From Heptranchias perlo (lineage: Eukaryota), in assembly GCF_035084215.1 (NCBI RefSeq), contig NC_090353.1, forward strand, positions 13,144,001 through 13,208,000: 64,000 nt of DNA, read 5' to 3'. This document shows, piece by piece, positions 11,946 to 23,685 of the stretch; the first letter of the stretch is position 1, and each line of letters begins with the position of its first letter. The notes beneath the pieces were generated by a model. The model searched no databases. It was not told where the DNA came from and was given only the letters and a program-made list of their open reading frames with translations. A program made the translations under genes and the position numbers.

Positions 11946-14195
11946 TGTTGCTCTCAACGGAGTTGCCGCCCTGTCTGCCTCCAGGGCATCATTCACAGCC
12001 TGTTATCGGATGTTGCCAGGGTTCCAATTCAATGCTGTTCTTTCTCTCTCAATGCCTACTGTCAGAAAGTAAAGGAATGTTGTTAAAAAGCAGAACCATC
12101 CCAGCTTAAATAGAGCCAGTGAAAGGGACCTATTAAAACTATAGGATTTGAAGTTTTAATTGAATTACCAGTCCTATATTTTCTTTCCATTTCCTATAGG
12201 AAAGTGCCTGGCTTCCACTTCGCATCAGGAACTCAGCATGTAGGCAAGTGCAGAATCATTTCTCCTTGGTGCAACATGTTGAGGCATTCCTGACAGGCAC
12301 CCTTGAGCAAGACACTGGGCAGGGCTGTGGCCCTGAAGAAATAGTAAATAATGTTGTATTACAAGAAGCACTTGCATACAGCATGGCTGAACAGGGAAAA
12401 CACAGCATGGTTAAACCGGCAAAGCATGGGATATCATGGAAAACAGGGAAAGTACAACAGAGGATGGCAGAGTCGAGAGCAGGGAAAGCACAGCAGAAAG
12501 TAGGGCATGACAGAGCATAGGAGAGCACGTCAAAGCCAATCAGTCAGACTGACCTGGTAATCCTTTGCTGAAATGAACTTATGTGACAGGAATTTTTTCT
12601 GAGTATAAAGTACATGAAACATCTAACTGTAAGGATTACATGTTTTAAACGTAATCTATGTTCAAATTTTACTACAGATGTTTGATGTAAATACTGAAAT
12701 AGAGCAATAGACCAGATCTACTGCAGTTTCTGCTTCAATGTGACCTGGTTTTCACATTGTATTGAGGTCGCCAACCTGAGTATCATCTGAATCTTAATAT
12801 GCTGTGTGTGACCTCAAGGTGGATTTACACTACAGGATTAGCATTGCTTCGAAGTGGTTTTAACTTTGCAACGACGCTGAACTTGCAATGTAAATCCAGA
12901 GTGAGTCCAACTTGACTTTAAAACAAAGCAAACTTGTCAATGAAGAGGTAAATGGTTGTTTAGAGATGGGCCATGTGACACCACTTTAGTTGGACATCAC
13001 TGGGGGTAAATCCAGTGTGGTGCCAAACCTGGTTTACAAAATATTTAGGAGATTTGTTAGGTCTCCTGGGCACTTTTTAAAGCTACCATACCTCCCGTTA
13101 ATTGTTTAGAGAACAAGGATTTTCCTCTTCATGCACCTTAAACATTTAAATTTCTAATTGTTGGAAGAGAACTCTATGCATATATGTATCCAGGTATAGA
13201 CAGAGCTTTCTCCTGGGCAGAACTTTTAGCATTCCAGCCAGATGGGAGCCAAGCAATATAAACAGGTCTTGGACTGGTAACTACAATGTTAATTCACCCT
13301 CACAGCCTACTTGCCCTTACATTTAGAGTATCCCCTTTTAACATTAAAACTTCAGCAGCCATTACAGAGCCTTGCCCGAGTCTGTAAGTCTTCCCATGCA
13401 GACCTCCATTGGCCCTGAATGGAGAACGGCACATAGCCGATCGTGTAACTTGATGCTGCCGACTCACATTACTCCGACCGGCCGGAAGAATCATTTAGTT
13501 TTTACTTGTATTCTGTGCAGGACACAAAAAAAAACCTTTTCATGGTTGAAGGCAACATTTTTGAGCTTCTTTTCAGATGCAGCACATCCCGGTCTGAATT
13601 GATGCCTCACTACTTTGTGCCGTTACACACACCAGAGAAGCAACACACAAAAAATCTAATTCCGTTACTAGGTCCAGAATTCGAATTTACCTCAGAAAAC
13701 AAGTACAGCCAGGATTTTCCCAATCAGATTTGCAGCTGTTAATTAAACTTACATCATCCCTTAAAATGTGTTTTGCAGCTGAAGTTACACTATTTGCTTA
13801 CGGTCACTCTGAGAACCACGGTTTATTTAACAAATGAACAGTAAGGTTCCTGTTAAGGACTATTACAAGAAGTAAGTTGTGTTAGAAAATTTCACTCTCT
13901 TCAATTGAATTGGGCTTTATGTTATTTATTCACAAATTATTCATGAAATATGTTAGTTCTTCCTTCAATGGCACTGTATCAGTTACTGGGACTTCGTTTT
14001 ATGACAGGGATGTAGTGTAACTCAGAGCTGTCCGCTAGTGAGCAAAATCTGAGATGCTTGGCTCCAGTTAGTGCGAGGGTAAACTAGTTCATGGCTTCCG
14101 TAGCTCGAGGGGCTCACAGTACAAGTGTATTGTGCCATGGTGACGTTTACAACTCCTGCCTGTGCTTCCAGCTCTATAAGTGCATAATAAACATA

Positions 14196-14490
14196 TTGCC
14201 AGTTGGGGAGTCACTGATGAGCGGTCATCAATTTAAAACTGTCACTAAGACAGTGAGGAGAGGGGTTAGAAGAAATTTGTTTATGCAGAGTGTTATTAAA
14301 GTATGCAATACTTTACCACGGAGAATAGTTGAGGAGGAGACCATTGTTTTTTTAAAGAAAATAGTTGCTAAACATTTGAAGCCGAGGACGTTACATGGCT
14401 ATGGGGAGAGAGCAGGGCAATGAGATTAGTTTTGGATTGCTCTAGCATAAAGATGAAACAGACACGATAGCCCGAATGCATGATTCTACA
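14196..14490 (+). mobile_element. CR1 3' fragment
   Basis: Encodes decayed GHQFK..RRNLFMQSVIKVCNTLP; CR1-type 3' UTR. Confidence 0.7.
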
Positions 14491-15724
14491 GTCCATTTCA
14501 ACAAAAATATTTTTGTATCTGAATTTACTCATACTTAGTTACATTGGAACAATTAATCTTAATATAATCAGGGTTGAAAAATCCAGATTTATACTGGGGA
14601 GTCTACCCTTTCCAATTAAATTGGTTAGTACTCTACAATCGTTAAGGGACTTACCTACGGACAGCAAGGACTGTAATGTGAGCATCTTCCTGAATAAATC
14701 CATTGAGATGCCACCCTCTCCAGAAATAAATTTAAAACAGTTGTTTTCTAATTAATAATCTTGAGTTTCCTGCATTGTGTTCCAATAGACAATATTATCT
14801 TCTGTAAGAAATGACCCTTTTCTGATGCATCTGATGTATCAGTCTGCTGTTTCCTGCCACAAGGTTCCGTTAAAATATCTGGTGGTTTTCACACACACAC
14901 AAAGAAGATATTGTCATTTGGTGGTTGCTATGGCATTTTACTTCTCTTTTTATGCACGCATTTCATACAGGACTGCAGACATCCTAACCTTTTTCCTACC
15001 AGCAGTCGAGTAGAATTGGACCCAAAGGAAAGTTCAGGTTGGCTGAGGATGTGTTCTTGTTACAGTCTTTCATCCAGTGCAGGTTTCAGTCACACGGCCC
15101 ATCTTTAAACAACCATTTACCTCTTCATTGACAAGTTTGAATATTATGTAGGACTTCGAAGCTTATATAGACCTTGGGTAAGGCAATTCACGGGGCTGAA
15201 CTTTCACTTTGAGGGCAGGTGGGGGAAGAGGGCCAAGACCTGGGAGGATGTCCAAACTACAGGCTGTGGGCCATTTGTGGCCTGCCAGCCCTGGCAGTCT
15301 GGCTCTTGAAGCCCAGGCACTTCAGTCCTTTTTGCTTTTATATTTTTTAATCGTGGGTTTGTCTTGTTTGAGTTTTGGCCTCCTAGTTTGGAAAGGGCTG
15401 TTCTTAGCACTGTTGCCTCAATGGTGGATACATCCTAACTCAAAAAACTAAGATCTATTAGTATCGGTAACATGAGGTATATGCAAATTAATGGGAACAT
15501 GGATTTAAACTTTATATGTGGCCAGTGAGGCTCCATGGTGTGAACTCATTAGCAAAAGAAAACAAAAAGCCTTGGATACTCCTGACTTTGGCCTTTCAAA
15601 TCTTGAAAAGAAATCTGAAATAAGGCAGAAAATGCTGGAAATTCACAACAGGTCAGAGGAAAGGTGCTAATGAAGGATCCAACATAAAATATTAACTATC
15701 TTTTTTTCAGATAGATAATGCAGA

Positions 15725-16160
15725 TTTAAAGAAAGGCTTCCATTTATATAGTGCCCTGTCACATCTCTGAGAAGCATTTCACACAAATCACTTTTTGAAG
15801 TGCAGACACTGATGCACTAAGCAGACATGGTGGCCAATTTGCATATAGCAAGATCCCACAAACATCAAGAAAGTAGATGACCAGATAATGTCTTTTTGAT
15901 GGCACTGGTTGAGGAAGGAAGATTGGCCAGAATATGAGGAGAGCTCTCTGCTCTAATTCAAATAGTAGCGTGGGATCTTGACATCGACCTGAACAGAGAG
16001 ACGGGGCTTTGGTTTAACATCTGATGGATAGCACCTCCAATCGTGAAGCACTCTTCAGTACTACATTGGATGTTAGATTGTGTGCTCACATCCTAAAGTG
16101 GGGCTTGAGCCCACAATTTTTTGACTGAGAGATGAGAGTGCTCCAACTGAGCCAAGCAGA
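15725..16160 (-). mobile_element. Deu-domain SINE
   Basis: Reverse-complement similarity to 2451-2897, including the tRNA head (aactgagccaagc). Confidence 0.7.
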
Positions 16161-16379
16161 TACTTGGCATTTAGTGTGGAATGTCAGCACAGAGCTAGGA
16201 CAATTAACACAAAATTAACAACTATAAACAAGATTAGAGATTAGAAAAATGTGTTCCCACAGAATGGGAGCCATGTAGAAAAGAAGTTGGTGCTATGTTA
16301 ATTAAGTGTCAAAAATGAATTGTATAAATGTCTGATTAGGAATGAAATAGGCCAAGCATCCTAATGATTCAGAGAATGT

Positions 16380-16700
16380 ATCCAGGAAATAGCTGAGCTA
16401 TACAGAACAGGGAGAGGCCAGATTTGATCCCCAGCCTTTGCTTAGTTAGCTGACATCAGTCAGGGCAGTTGAAGGGATGCTATAATTCACCTCTGCCTCT
16501 GATTAGCATGCGGAAGAACTAGCCAGCGTTTCTGCTCCTGAAGTGCCCATGTGTAAGTCAGGTGAGGACAGCATCAGGTTCAATTGTGGTGCTCCAATGG
16601 TCATTTAGTCTGCTGAAATTCATTGTGAACGCTCACACATCCTTGCTAGACCACATCGCCAATAGGTCCATGTGGCCCAAGGTCGCTCCATTAGGAAACA
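16380..16700 (+). mobile_element. LF-SINE-like element
   Basis: ttagttagctgacatcagtcagggc, ttctgctcctga and ggtgaggacagcatcagg motifs, as I recall them from LF-SINE; also similar to 59850-60225. Confidence 0.55.
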
Positions 16701-17094
16701 ACTGGGACCATAGATTAATGAGAGTTATTTGGAGCTCTGGGGCCCAAGAAACCATGTTGTGGGCTGCAAAGGCAGTGCTCTACTCTGCAGTCCCAGCGCC
16801 CTAGTTTCTAACAGGGAATGTATGGGTCTGTCTCATTAAGTCACATTGTTGAAGTACTGTAGAGGAAGTGTGACTGATTGGAGAGCACGGGTGCCAAAAA
16901 CAAAGGGCCCACCATCGATATCTCTCAATTTGAACATGAACATTCACCAAAGAAATGTAAATTGTTAAAAATCTATAAAGGATACTTTCATCGGGGCTGG
17001 AGTTATTATGGATATCTTCCAGACACTTAATAGCTGCAGTACAATTGAGATCAACTGTTTCAAGGACCTGGGGGGGTGAGCTAACATCCAGCCC

Positions 17095-17540
17095 TGCCAT
17101 CTCACCTCTGAGCCAGAGGTTGTGGATTCAAGTCCCACTCCAGAGATTTCAGCACAAAATCCAGGCTGATACTCCAGGGCAGTACTGAGGGATTGCTGCA
17201 CTGTCAGAGATGCTGTCTTTCAGGTGAGGCATTAAACTGAGACCCCATCTGCCCTCTCAGGTGGACGTAAAAGATTCTAAGGCACTATTTTGAAGAAGAG
17301 CAGGGGAGTTCTCCCTGATGTCCTGGCCAATATTTATCCCTCAACCAATACCTAAAAACAGATTATCTAGTCATTGTCACATTGCTGTTTTTTGGACCTT
17401 GCTGTGCACAAATTGGCTGCTGCGTTTCCTACATTACAACAGTGTCTACATTTCAAAAGTACTTAATTGGCTGTAAAGTGCGTTGGGACATCCTGAGGTC
17501 ATGAAGGGCGCTATATAAACACAAGTCTTTCTTTCTTTCT
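17095..17540 (+). mobile_element. Deu-domain SINE, near full length
   Basis: High similarity to 2451-2897 and 31486-31937. Confidence 0.8.
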
Positions 17541-17699
17541 TAAGTACTTCAAATAAACTGTCCCAACAGATGTCAGAGCATGTTCTAATTATGTTGATGC
17601 AATTTATTCAACTTGCAGTGTGTGCACTGAATCTGTATTGTGACAGAAGAGTCAGGTTTCCTACCATTCAACATTAGGGATACAAGCATATGAACGCTT

Positions 17700-18323
17700 A
17701 AAGCACAGAACCATAGAAGTGTACATGAAAGGGGGCCATTTAGCCCATATCTGTATTGTTAGACCAATTTAAAGCTAATCCCATGGCTCTGCTCTTTCCC
17801 CATTTGCCCTGTATCTTCCTTTGCTTCAAATGTTTATCCAATTTTCCATTAAAAGATGCAACAGTCAACAATTCCCTGTTCCAATAGTCCTTTGAATTAA
17901 AAAAATTCTCCTGACCTCTCTCCTCCCTTTCTTAGTGGCAATTTTAAATTGATGACCCCTCATCATTCACTTTCCTGGCCCAGCCTATCAAAGCCCTTCA
18001 AAATTTTAAAAAGCTCCACTAAATCTCCTCTTAGCCTTCTCTGTATCCAATAGAAATAGTCCCAGTATCTCAAGTCTCTCCTCATACCAGTAGTTTCTGG
18101 CATCAAGTTGGCGAATCTACATTGTACGTTCCCTGTGGCTTTAATGTCCTTTCTATAATTGGGTGGCCAAAACTGCACAGAGTACACCAATTAATCAAAG
18201 CCTTGTAAAAATTTAGCATTACTTCTTTACCCTTGTATTCAATGGCTCTATTTATAAAACCCAAGCCGCTATTGGCCTTTCTTATAGCTTTATCTACCTG
18301 CACTTAAACTTTTAAGACATTAT
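17700..18323 (-). mobile_element. CR1 3' part; continues at ~27581-27650 after the nested Harbinger
   Basis: Minus ORFs QVDKAIRKANSGLGFINRAIEYK and VQFWPPNYRKD. Confidence 0.8.
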
Positions 18324-20281
18324 GGGTGCTAAATTGGACCGTGTAGCACCTATTGTTTCGGTGCTACACAATCTGTCCAACATCCAAGATGGCATCTTGG
18401 CTATGCAAGTACGTCTCCAGTGTGATGTGCCCCGGATGCCATCTTGGTATAGGAGCTAGCGCTTGCACAAATACCGGATGCCGGAAGCCTGTAAAGTAAG
18501 GAGAAAATGGATACAATCAGTGTGCAACACTGATTTAAAGTGATAGACGCCATTTTGGGACTTAACGCTCAACTCAATGCACAGTCTTAACCCTGATCAT
18601 CTGAACGTGTCTTAGAGTGCCTGGGGGACCCCCACCAGTGCTATTTAAAGGGACCATACAGCATTTACAGGTTAAAGGCTGGATTATTTCTTGTGGCTGC
18701 CAAGACGTTTGTAACTGTTTTTGGAGATCTCCTATAGTTGAATACGAGGATTAGGGACATAGCCTAACATTTAGAGCCAGGACATGCAGGAGTAAAGTTA
18801 GGAAATGCTTCTACACGCAAAGGGTGGGAGAAGTTTGGAACGCTCTTCTGCAAACGGCAGCTAATGCTAGCTCAATTGTGAATTCTAAATCTGAGATTGA
18901 TAGATTTCTGTGAACCAAGGGTATTAAGGGATATGGGGCTAAGGCGGATATATGGAGTTAGGTCACAGGTCTGCCATAGGAACATAGGAACAGGAGTAGG
19001 CCATTCAGCCCCTCGTGCCCGCTCCGCCATTTGATAAGATCATGGCTGATCTGTGATCTAACTCCATATACCTGCCTTTGGCCCATATCCCTTAATAACT
19101 TTGGTTGCCAAAAAGCTATCTATCTCAGATTTAAATTTAGCAATGAGCTAGTATCAATTGCCGTTTGCGGAAGAGAGTTCCAAACTTCTACCACCCTTTG
19201 TGTGTAGAAATGTTTTCTAAACTCACTCCTGAAAGGTCTGGCTCTAATTTTTAGACTGTGCCCCCTAGTCCTAGAATCCCCAACCAGCGGAAATAGTTTC
19301 TCTCCATCCACCCTATCCGTTCCCCTTAATATCTTATAAACTTCGATCCTATCACCCCTTAACCTTCTAAACTCCAGAGAATACAACCCCAATTTGTGAA
19401 ATCTCGCCTCGTAACTTAACCCTTGAAGTCCTGGTATCATTCTAGTAAACCTACACTGCACTCCCTCCAAGGCCAATATGTCCTTCCGAAGGTGCGGTGC
19501 CCAGAACTGCTCACAGTACTCCAGGTGCGGTCTAACCAGGGTTTTCTATGGCTGCAGCATAACTTCTGCCCCCTCGTACTCTAGTCCTCTGGATATAAAG
19601 GCCAGCATTCCATTAGCCTTATTGATTATTTTCTGCACCTGTTCATGACACTTCAATGACCTATGTACCTGAACCCCTAAGTCCCTTTGGACATCCACTG
19701 TTTCTAACTTTTTACCATTTAGAAAGTACCCTGTTCTATCCTTTTTTGATCTAAAGTGGATGACCTCACATTTGTCTGCATTGAATTCCATTTGCCACAG
19801 TTTTGCCCATTCATCTAATCTATCAATATCGCTTTGTAATTTTATATTTTCATCTACACTGCTTACAATGCCACCAATCTTTGTGTCATCGGCAAACTTA
19901 GATATGAGACTTTCTATGCCTTCATCTAAGTTGTTAATAAATATTGTAAATAATAGAGGCCCCAAGACAGCTCCCTGCGGGACTCCACTAGTCACATCCT
20001 GCCAATGTGAGTACCTACCCATTGGGCCCGATTTTACCAGGGGTGCGGGTTGGCAGCGGGTGGTCGGGCGGGCTCGAGGAAAACGCGCCAGCCAAATTGA
20101 GTGCGTTGCGCACGCGATCGCGGGATGATTGATGTGATTAGCCGGCAGTTACGGGTTCCGCGCTTCTCAGCTGCGTGCCGGCGGCCTGCGCATGCGCATT
20201 GACGTCTGAGCGATGGTTGCGCTCTATTTAAAGGGGCAGTCCACCAAAGCCCCTCCAGCCACAAACTACACTCCATCAAGG

Positions 20282-22152
20282 ATGGAGGAGCACAGGGGTA
20301 AGGCTGCTCCCCGTTTCACGGACCACGCCCTCCAGGTGCTGCTGGACGGGGTCCGCATGAGGAGGGAGACGCTGTTCCCCACGGATGGAAGGAGGTGCCC
20401 TGCCAGCGCCACCAAGAGGGCATGGGAGGAGGTGGCCGCGGAGGTCACAAGCAGGGGAAACACCACCCGCACTTGGATTCAGTGCCGCAAGAGATTCAAT
20501 GACCTCACCAGGTCCGGAAAAGTGAGTACACTAACGCATTCTGCATCACTCCGTCTTCCACATCACCTCAAACACCTCACAACCCCATCTCCACTGACAG
20601 TACTGCGCTCCCGCACCAATCCTCACAGCCACCCAACTATCATCCTCACAGTGCCTGCACGTACCCACCGTCCCTGTCCCCACTCGACCACTACCACACA
20701 CCCCAATGCCCATACAATGGGATGGCCATGTGGCACACGCATCCTCCCATCCATCTGGCACACGTTCAACCCAATCACACCAATGCTTGAAGCGTCTCAC
20801 ATTGTAATCATCACTCAATAACGTTTTTGTGTTTTGCCCTCACAGGAGAAGAGGGCCAGGAACGCACGCGATAGGGCATGCACCGGAGGGGGCCCGCCAC
20901 ACGAGATGGCCCTGACAGACGCCGAGGTCGAGGCACTGGAGATCAGCCGCACGCTGCATTGCCTGTCGATGGCGGATGGCGAGTCTGGTTCTGGTGAAAC
21001 GGCCGGTAAGGGAAAGCTGGCACTCATCACTCATGATCGTGAATGATCGTAGCATCACATGGCATATGCCGCACCGCCACATTTGGTCACATGCCTGATA
21101 TTTCCCTCTGTTCTCTTCCAGGACCGTCTGCGATCGACGTCTCGGTTGAGGGCGATTCCTCAGAGGACATGCCCGTCTCTGAGGGTGCATCGTCACACAT
21201 GAGCCTTGCATCCACCAGCGCAGATACACACACCTCGGTGGGTCCCCCCCCTCAGCTAGTTGGGATTGCACATGGTGAGTCACCGCGCACACATGAGCAT
21301 GAGCAGACCCTGGTGGCAGGGTCAGCCGCGGAGGGTCCGCGTCGGTGGGAGCACTCTTCTCCAGGCTTTGCTCAGCCGGACCCAGATGCTGAACCCAGGG
21401 GGCCACCTGTCAAAAGGAGAGTCGTCGAGGGGCACCAGAACATTGCTGAGGTACTGGGAGAGGTGCCACGCGCACTCTCCACAATCGCACGGAGGATGGA
21501 GGAGTCCAACTCCTGCATGAGGGGAATGGTGGCACAGGTGCAGGAGGGTATCGCCGAGATAGTGTCGCAGGGACGTGAAGGCATCTCTGAGATAGTGTCG
21601 CGGGTAGGTGTGGGAACGTCTGCGGTGGAGGACAGGCTAGCCTCCCTCGAGCGTCACGCACAGCTCACCAATGAGTCCATCCAGGCCCTCACAACGGCTG
21701 TTCGGATTCAGGGTGAACAACATTCTGCCGCCATCAACAGGTTGACAGATACATTGGAGGTGGCCTTGCAAGGTCTCACCCACGTCATCCAAACTGCCGT
21801 CCAGCAGGGTGGAAGGGGTGATGTGGGCCTTGGCCATGAGAGGGAAGATGGTGAACGGGGAAATGGAAGTGTGGACGCTACTCAAGGCGCCCCCAAGTCT
21901 CACCCGTTGCCCCCCTCTCAACCAGTGCCCGCAATAGTCCATCCTCTCCAGGTGGCCGAGTCTGCCCCTGCACAGGTGCAGGAGGAGCAGTCTGTGGAGG
22001 TGCCCTCACGGGCACCGAAACCCAGGGGGCGTCGGCCCAAAGCATCTACCCGGTCAGGGCACGAACAGGAGCAACCTGCCACCACCTCTGCTGGAGCCAC
22101 AGGGGTAGCACCACGTAGGGGGTCCCGAAAACGAACGCCTAAAGTTCCGTGA
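20282..22152 (+). CDS. Harbinger Myb/SANT-like DNA-binding protein, 3 exons (20282-20521, 20846-21005, 21122-22152), 476 aa
   Basis: APRFTD..W..VAAEV..RTWIQCRKRFNDL trihelix. GT-AG introns in phase 0 and 1 give one continuous frame. TATTTAAA upstream, AATAAA at 22222. Confidence 0.88.
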
Positions 22153-22449
22153 GCACACAGGGATTGCAACAGGGTGTTTGTCGTTTTTTTTAAATTTTCT
22201 ACTCTTTGAATGTCACCACAAAATAAACTCACTTTTTCTCACCAATGCTGCCACCTCTTGTCCATAATTCTGCGGCTTGTGCAATATGTCCCTTCCCTGC
22301 GCCTCATCATGACGACGACCACCCCGTCCCACCCATTGAGCATAATCCAGTGGGTGCAGGTGTACAGGCACCACTCTTCTGTGGAGGGAGCCTGTATGGA
22401 CCCTCGTCTGTGCACGTTATGACATGTGAACGCCTCACACAGTGTGATG

Positions 22450-23685
22450 TTAGGAGAACCGTTGGCATATGAGTGCCTCCCTGGCCTGACGAGCACGCAG
22501 GTGAGCCGGTGTTCGGCGCATGGGTCGTTCCTCCTCCTCTCCCTCTTCCTCCTCCTCCTCTTCCTCCTCCACCTCCTCCTCATTGTCGTCCTCAATGTGG
22601 GTGGCGGGTGTGCATGGGGCCTCCTCCAGCGGCACCCCTCTCTGTAGTGCCATGTTATGCAGGGCACAGCAGACAACTATTATTCGTCCCACTCTGAATG
22701 GCGTGTATTGGAGCGCTCCCCCGGAACGATCAAGGCACCTGAAGCGCATCTTGAGCAGCCCTATAGCCTGCTCAATTGTAGACCTGGTAGCAATGTGGCT
22801 GTCATTATACCGACGCTGTGGCTCGGTAATGGGGTTCCTCAGAGGTGTCATAAGCCACGTGTGCAGGGGATATCCCTTGTCGCCGAGGAGCCAGCCGTTG
22901 CCGGCGTTGGGTGCGTGGAAGAGGGGCGGGACGGTGGACTCCCTGAGGACGAAGGCATCGTGGCAGCTGCCAGGGTATCTGGCGCACACGTGTAGGAATC
23001 TCTGGCGGTGGTCACAAATGAGCTGGGCGTTCATGGAGTGATACCCTTTCCTGTTGATAAACAGCCCTGGCTCATGTGGAGGTGCCCGTATTGCTATGTG
23101 GGTGCAATCGATTACACCCTGCACCCGTGGGAAGCCAGCCACAGCATGGAATCCAACCGCCCTCTCCGTCTGGCTGCGCTCATCCATGGCGAAGTTGATG
23201 TAGGTCGAGGCCCTGCGGAACAACCCATCGGTGACCTGCCTTATGCAATTGTGTGCAGACGACTGACAGACCCCGGTGATGTCCCCCGTGGCACCCTGGA
23301 AGGATCCGGAGGCGAAGAAGTTGAGGGCAGTGGTGACTTTGACGGCGACGGGTAAGAAGATGCTGCTTGGTCCATCCGGGAGCAGCTCGTCATTGAGGAG
23401 GCTGCAGATGTCGGCGACTACCTGGCGAGTGACTCTGAGCCTCCGTATGCACTGCTGCTCAGAGAGGTCCATGAAGCTGAGCCTCGGTCTGTAGACCCTG
23501 TGCGGAGGGTAGTGCCTCCTGCGACGCATCTCTCTCTGCGGATGCCCTCCATCCTGCTGTGCAGGTGGATGTGCCGCAGCACCGTGTTGTGGGGATGCAT
23601 GTCTCTGAGGCGGACGGCGTGGACTGCGAGGCTGCTGAGGCTGGTCATCCTGTTCGTCCTCCGAGGATGTCAACGCAGCACCCAT
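22450..23685 (-). CDS. Harbinger (HARBI1-like) DDE transposase, 411 aa, intact
   Basis: Motifs GVIDCTHI, PGSCHD, LLGDKGY and STIEQAIGLLKMRFRCL, plus CCALHN and an acidic C-terminal tail. Confidence 0.95.
   Translation of the reverse strand: MGAALTSSEDEQDDQPQQPRSPRRPPQRHASPQHGAAAHPPAQQDGGHPQREMRRRRHYPPHRVYRPRLSFMDLSEQQCIRRLRVTRQVVADICSLLNDELLPDGPSSIFLPVAVKVTTALNFFASGSFQGATGDITGVCQSSAHNCIRQVTDGLFRRASTYINFAMDERSQTERAVGFHAVAGFPRVQGVIDCTHIAIRAPPHEPGLFINRKGYHSMNAQLICDHRQRFLHVCARYPGSCHDAFVLRESTVPPLFHAPNAGNGWLLGDKGYPLHTWLMTPLRNPITEPQRRYNDSHIATRSTIEQAIGLLKMRFRCLDRSGGALQYTPFRVGRIIVVCCALHNMALQRGVPLEEAPCTPATHIEDDNEEEVEEEEEEEEEGEEEERPMRRTPAHLRARQAREALICQRFS

Noticed and set aside
9370-12086. Long Pro-rich ORFs (436, 881, 257 aa etc.) as a real gene
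   Set aside because: They are translations of the 22-bp minisatellite, open in all three + frames because the unit lacks stops.
12200-13520. Possible exons of an upstream gene (acceptor-like sites near 12199, 12335 and 13415-13515)
   Set aside because: No recognisable protein and no consistent exon chain; a lncRNA or small gene cannot be excluded without RNA-seq.
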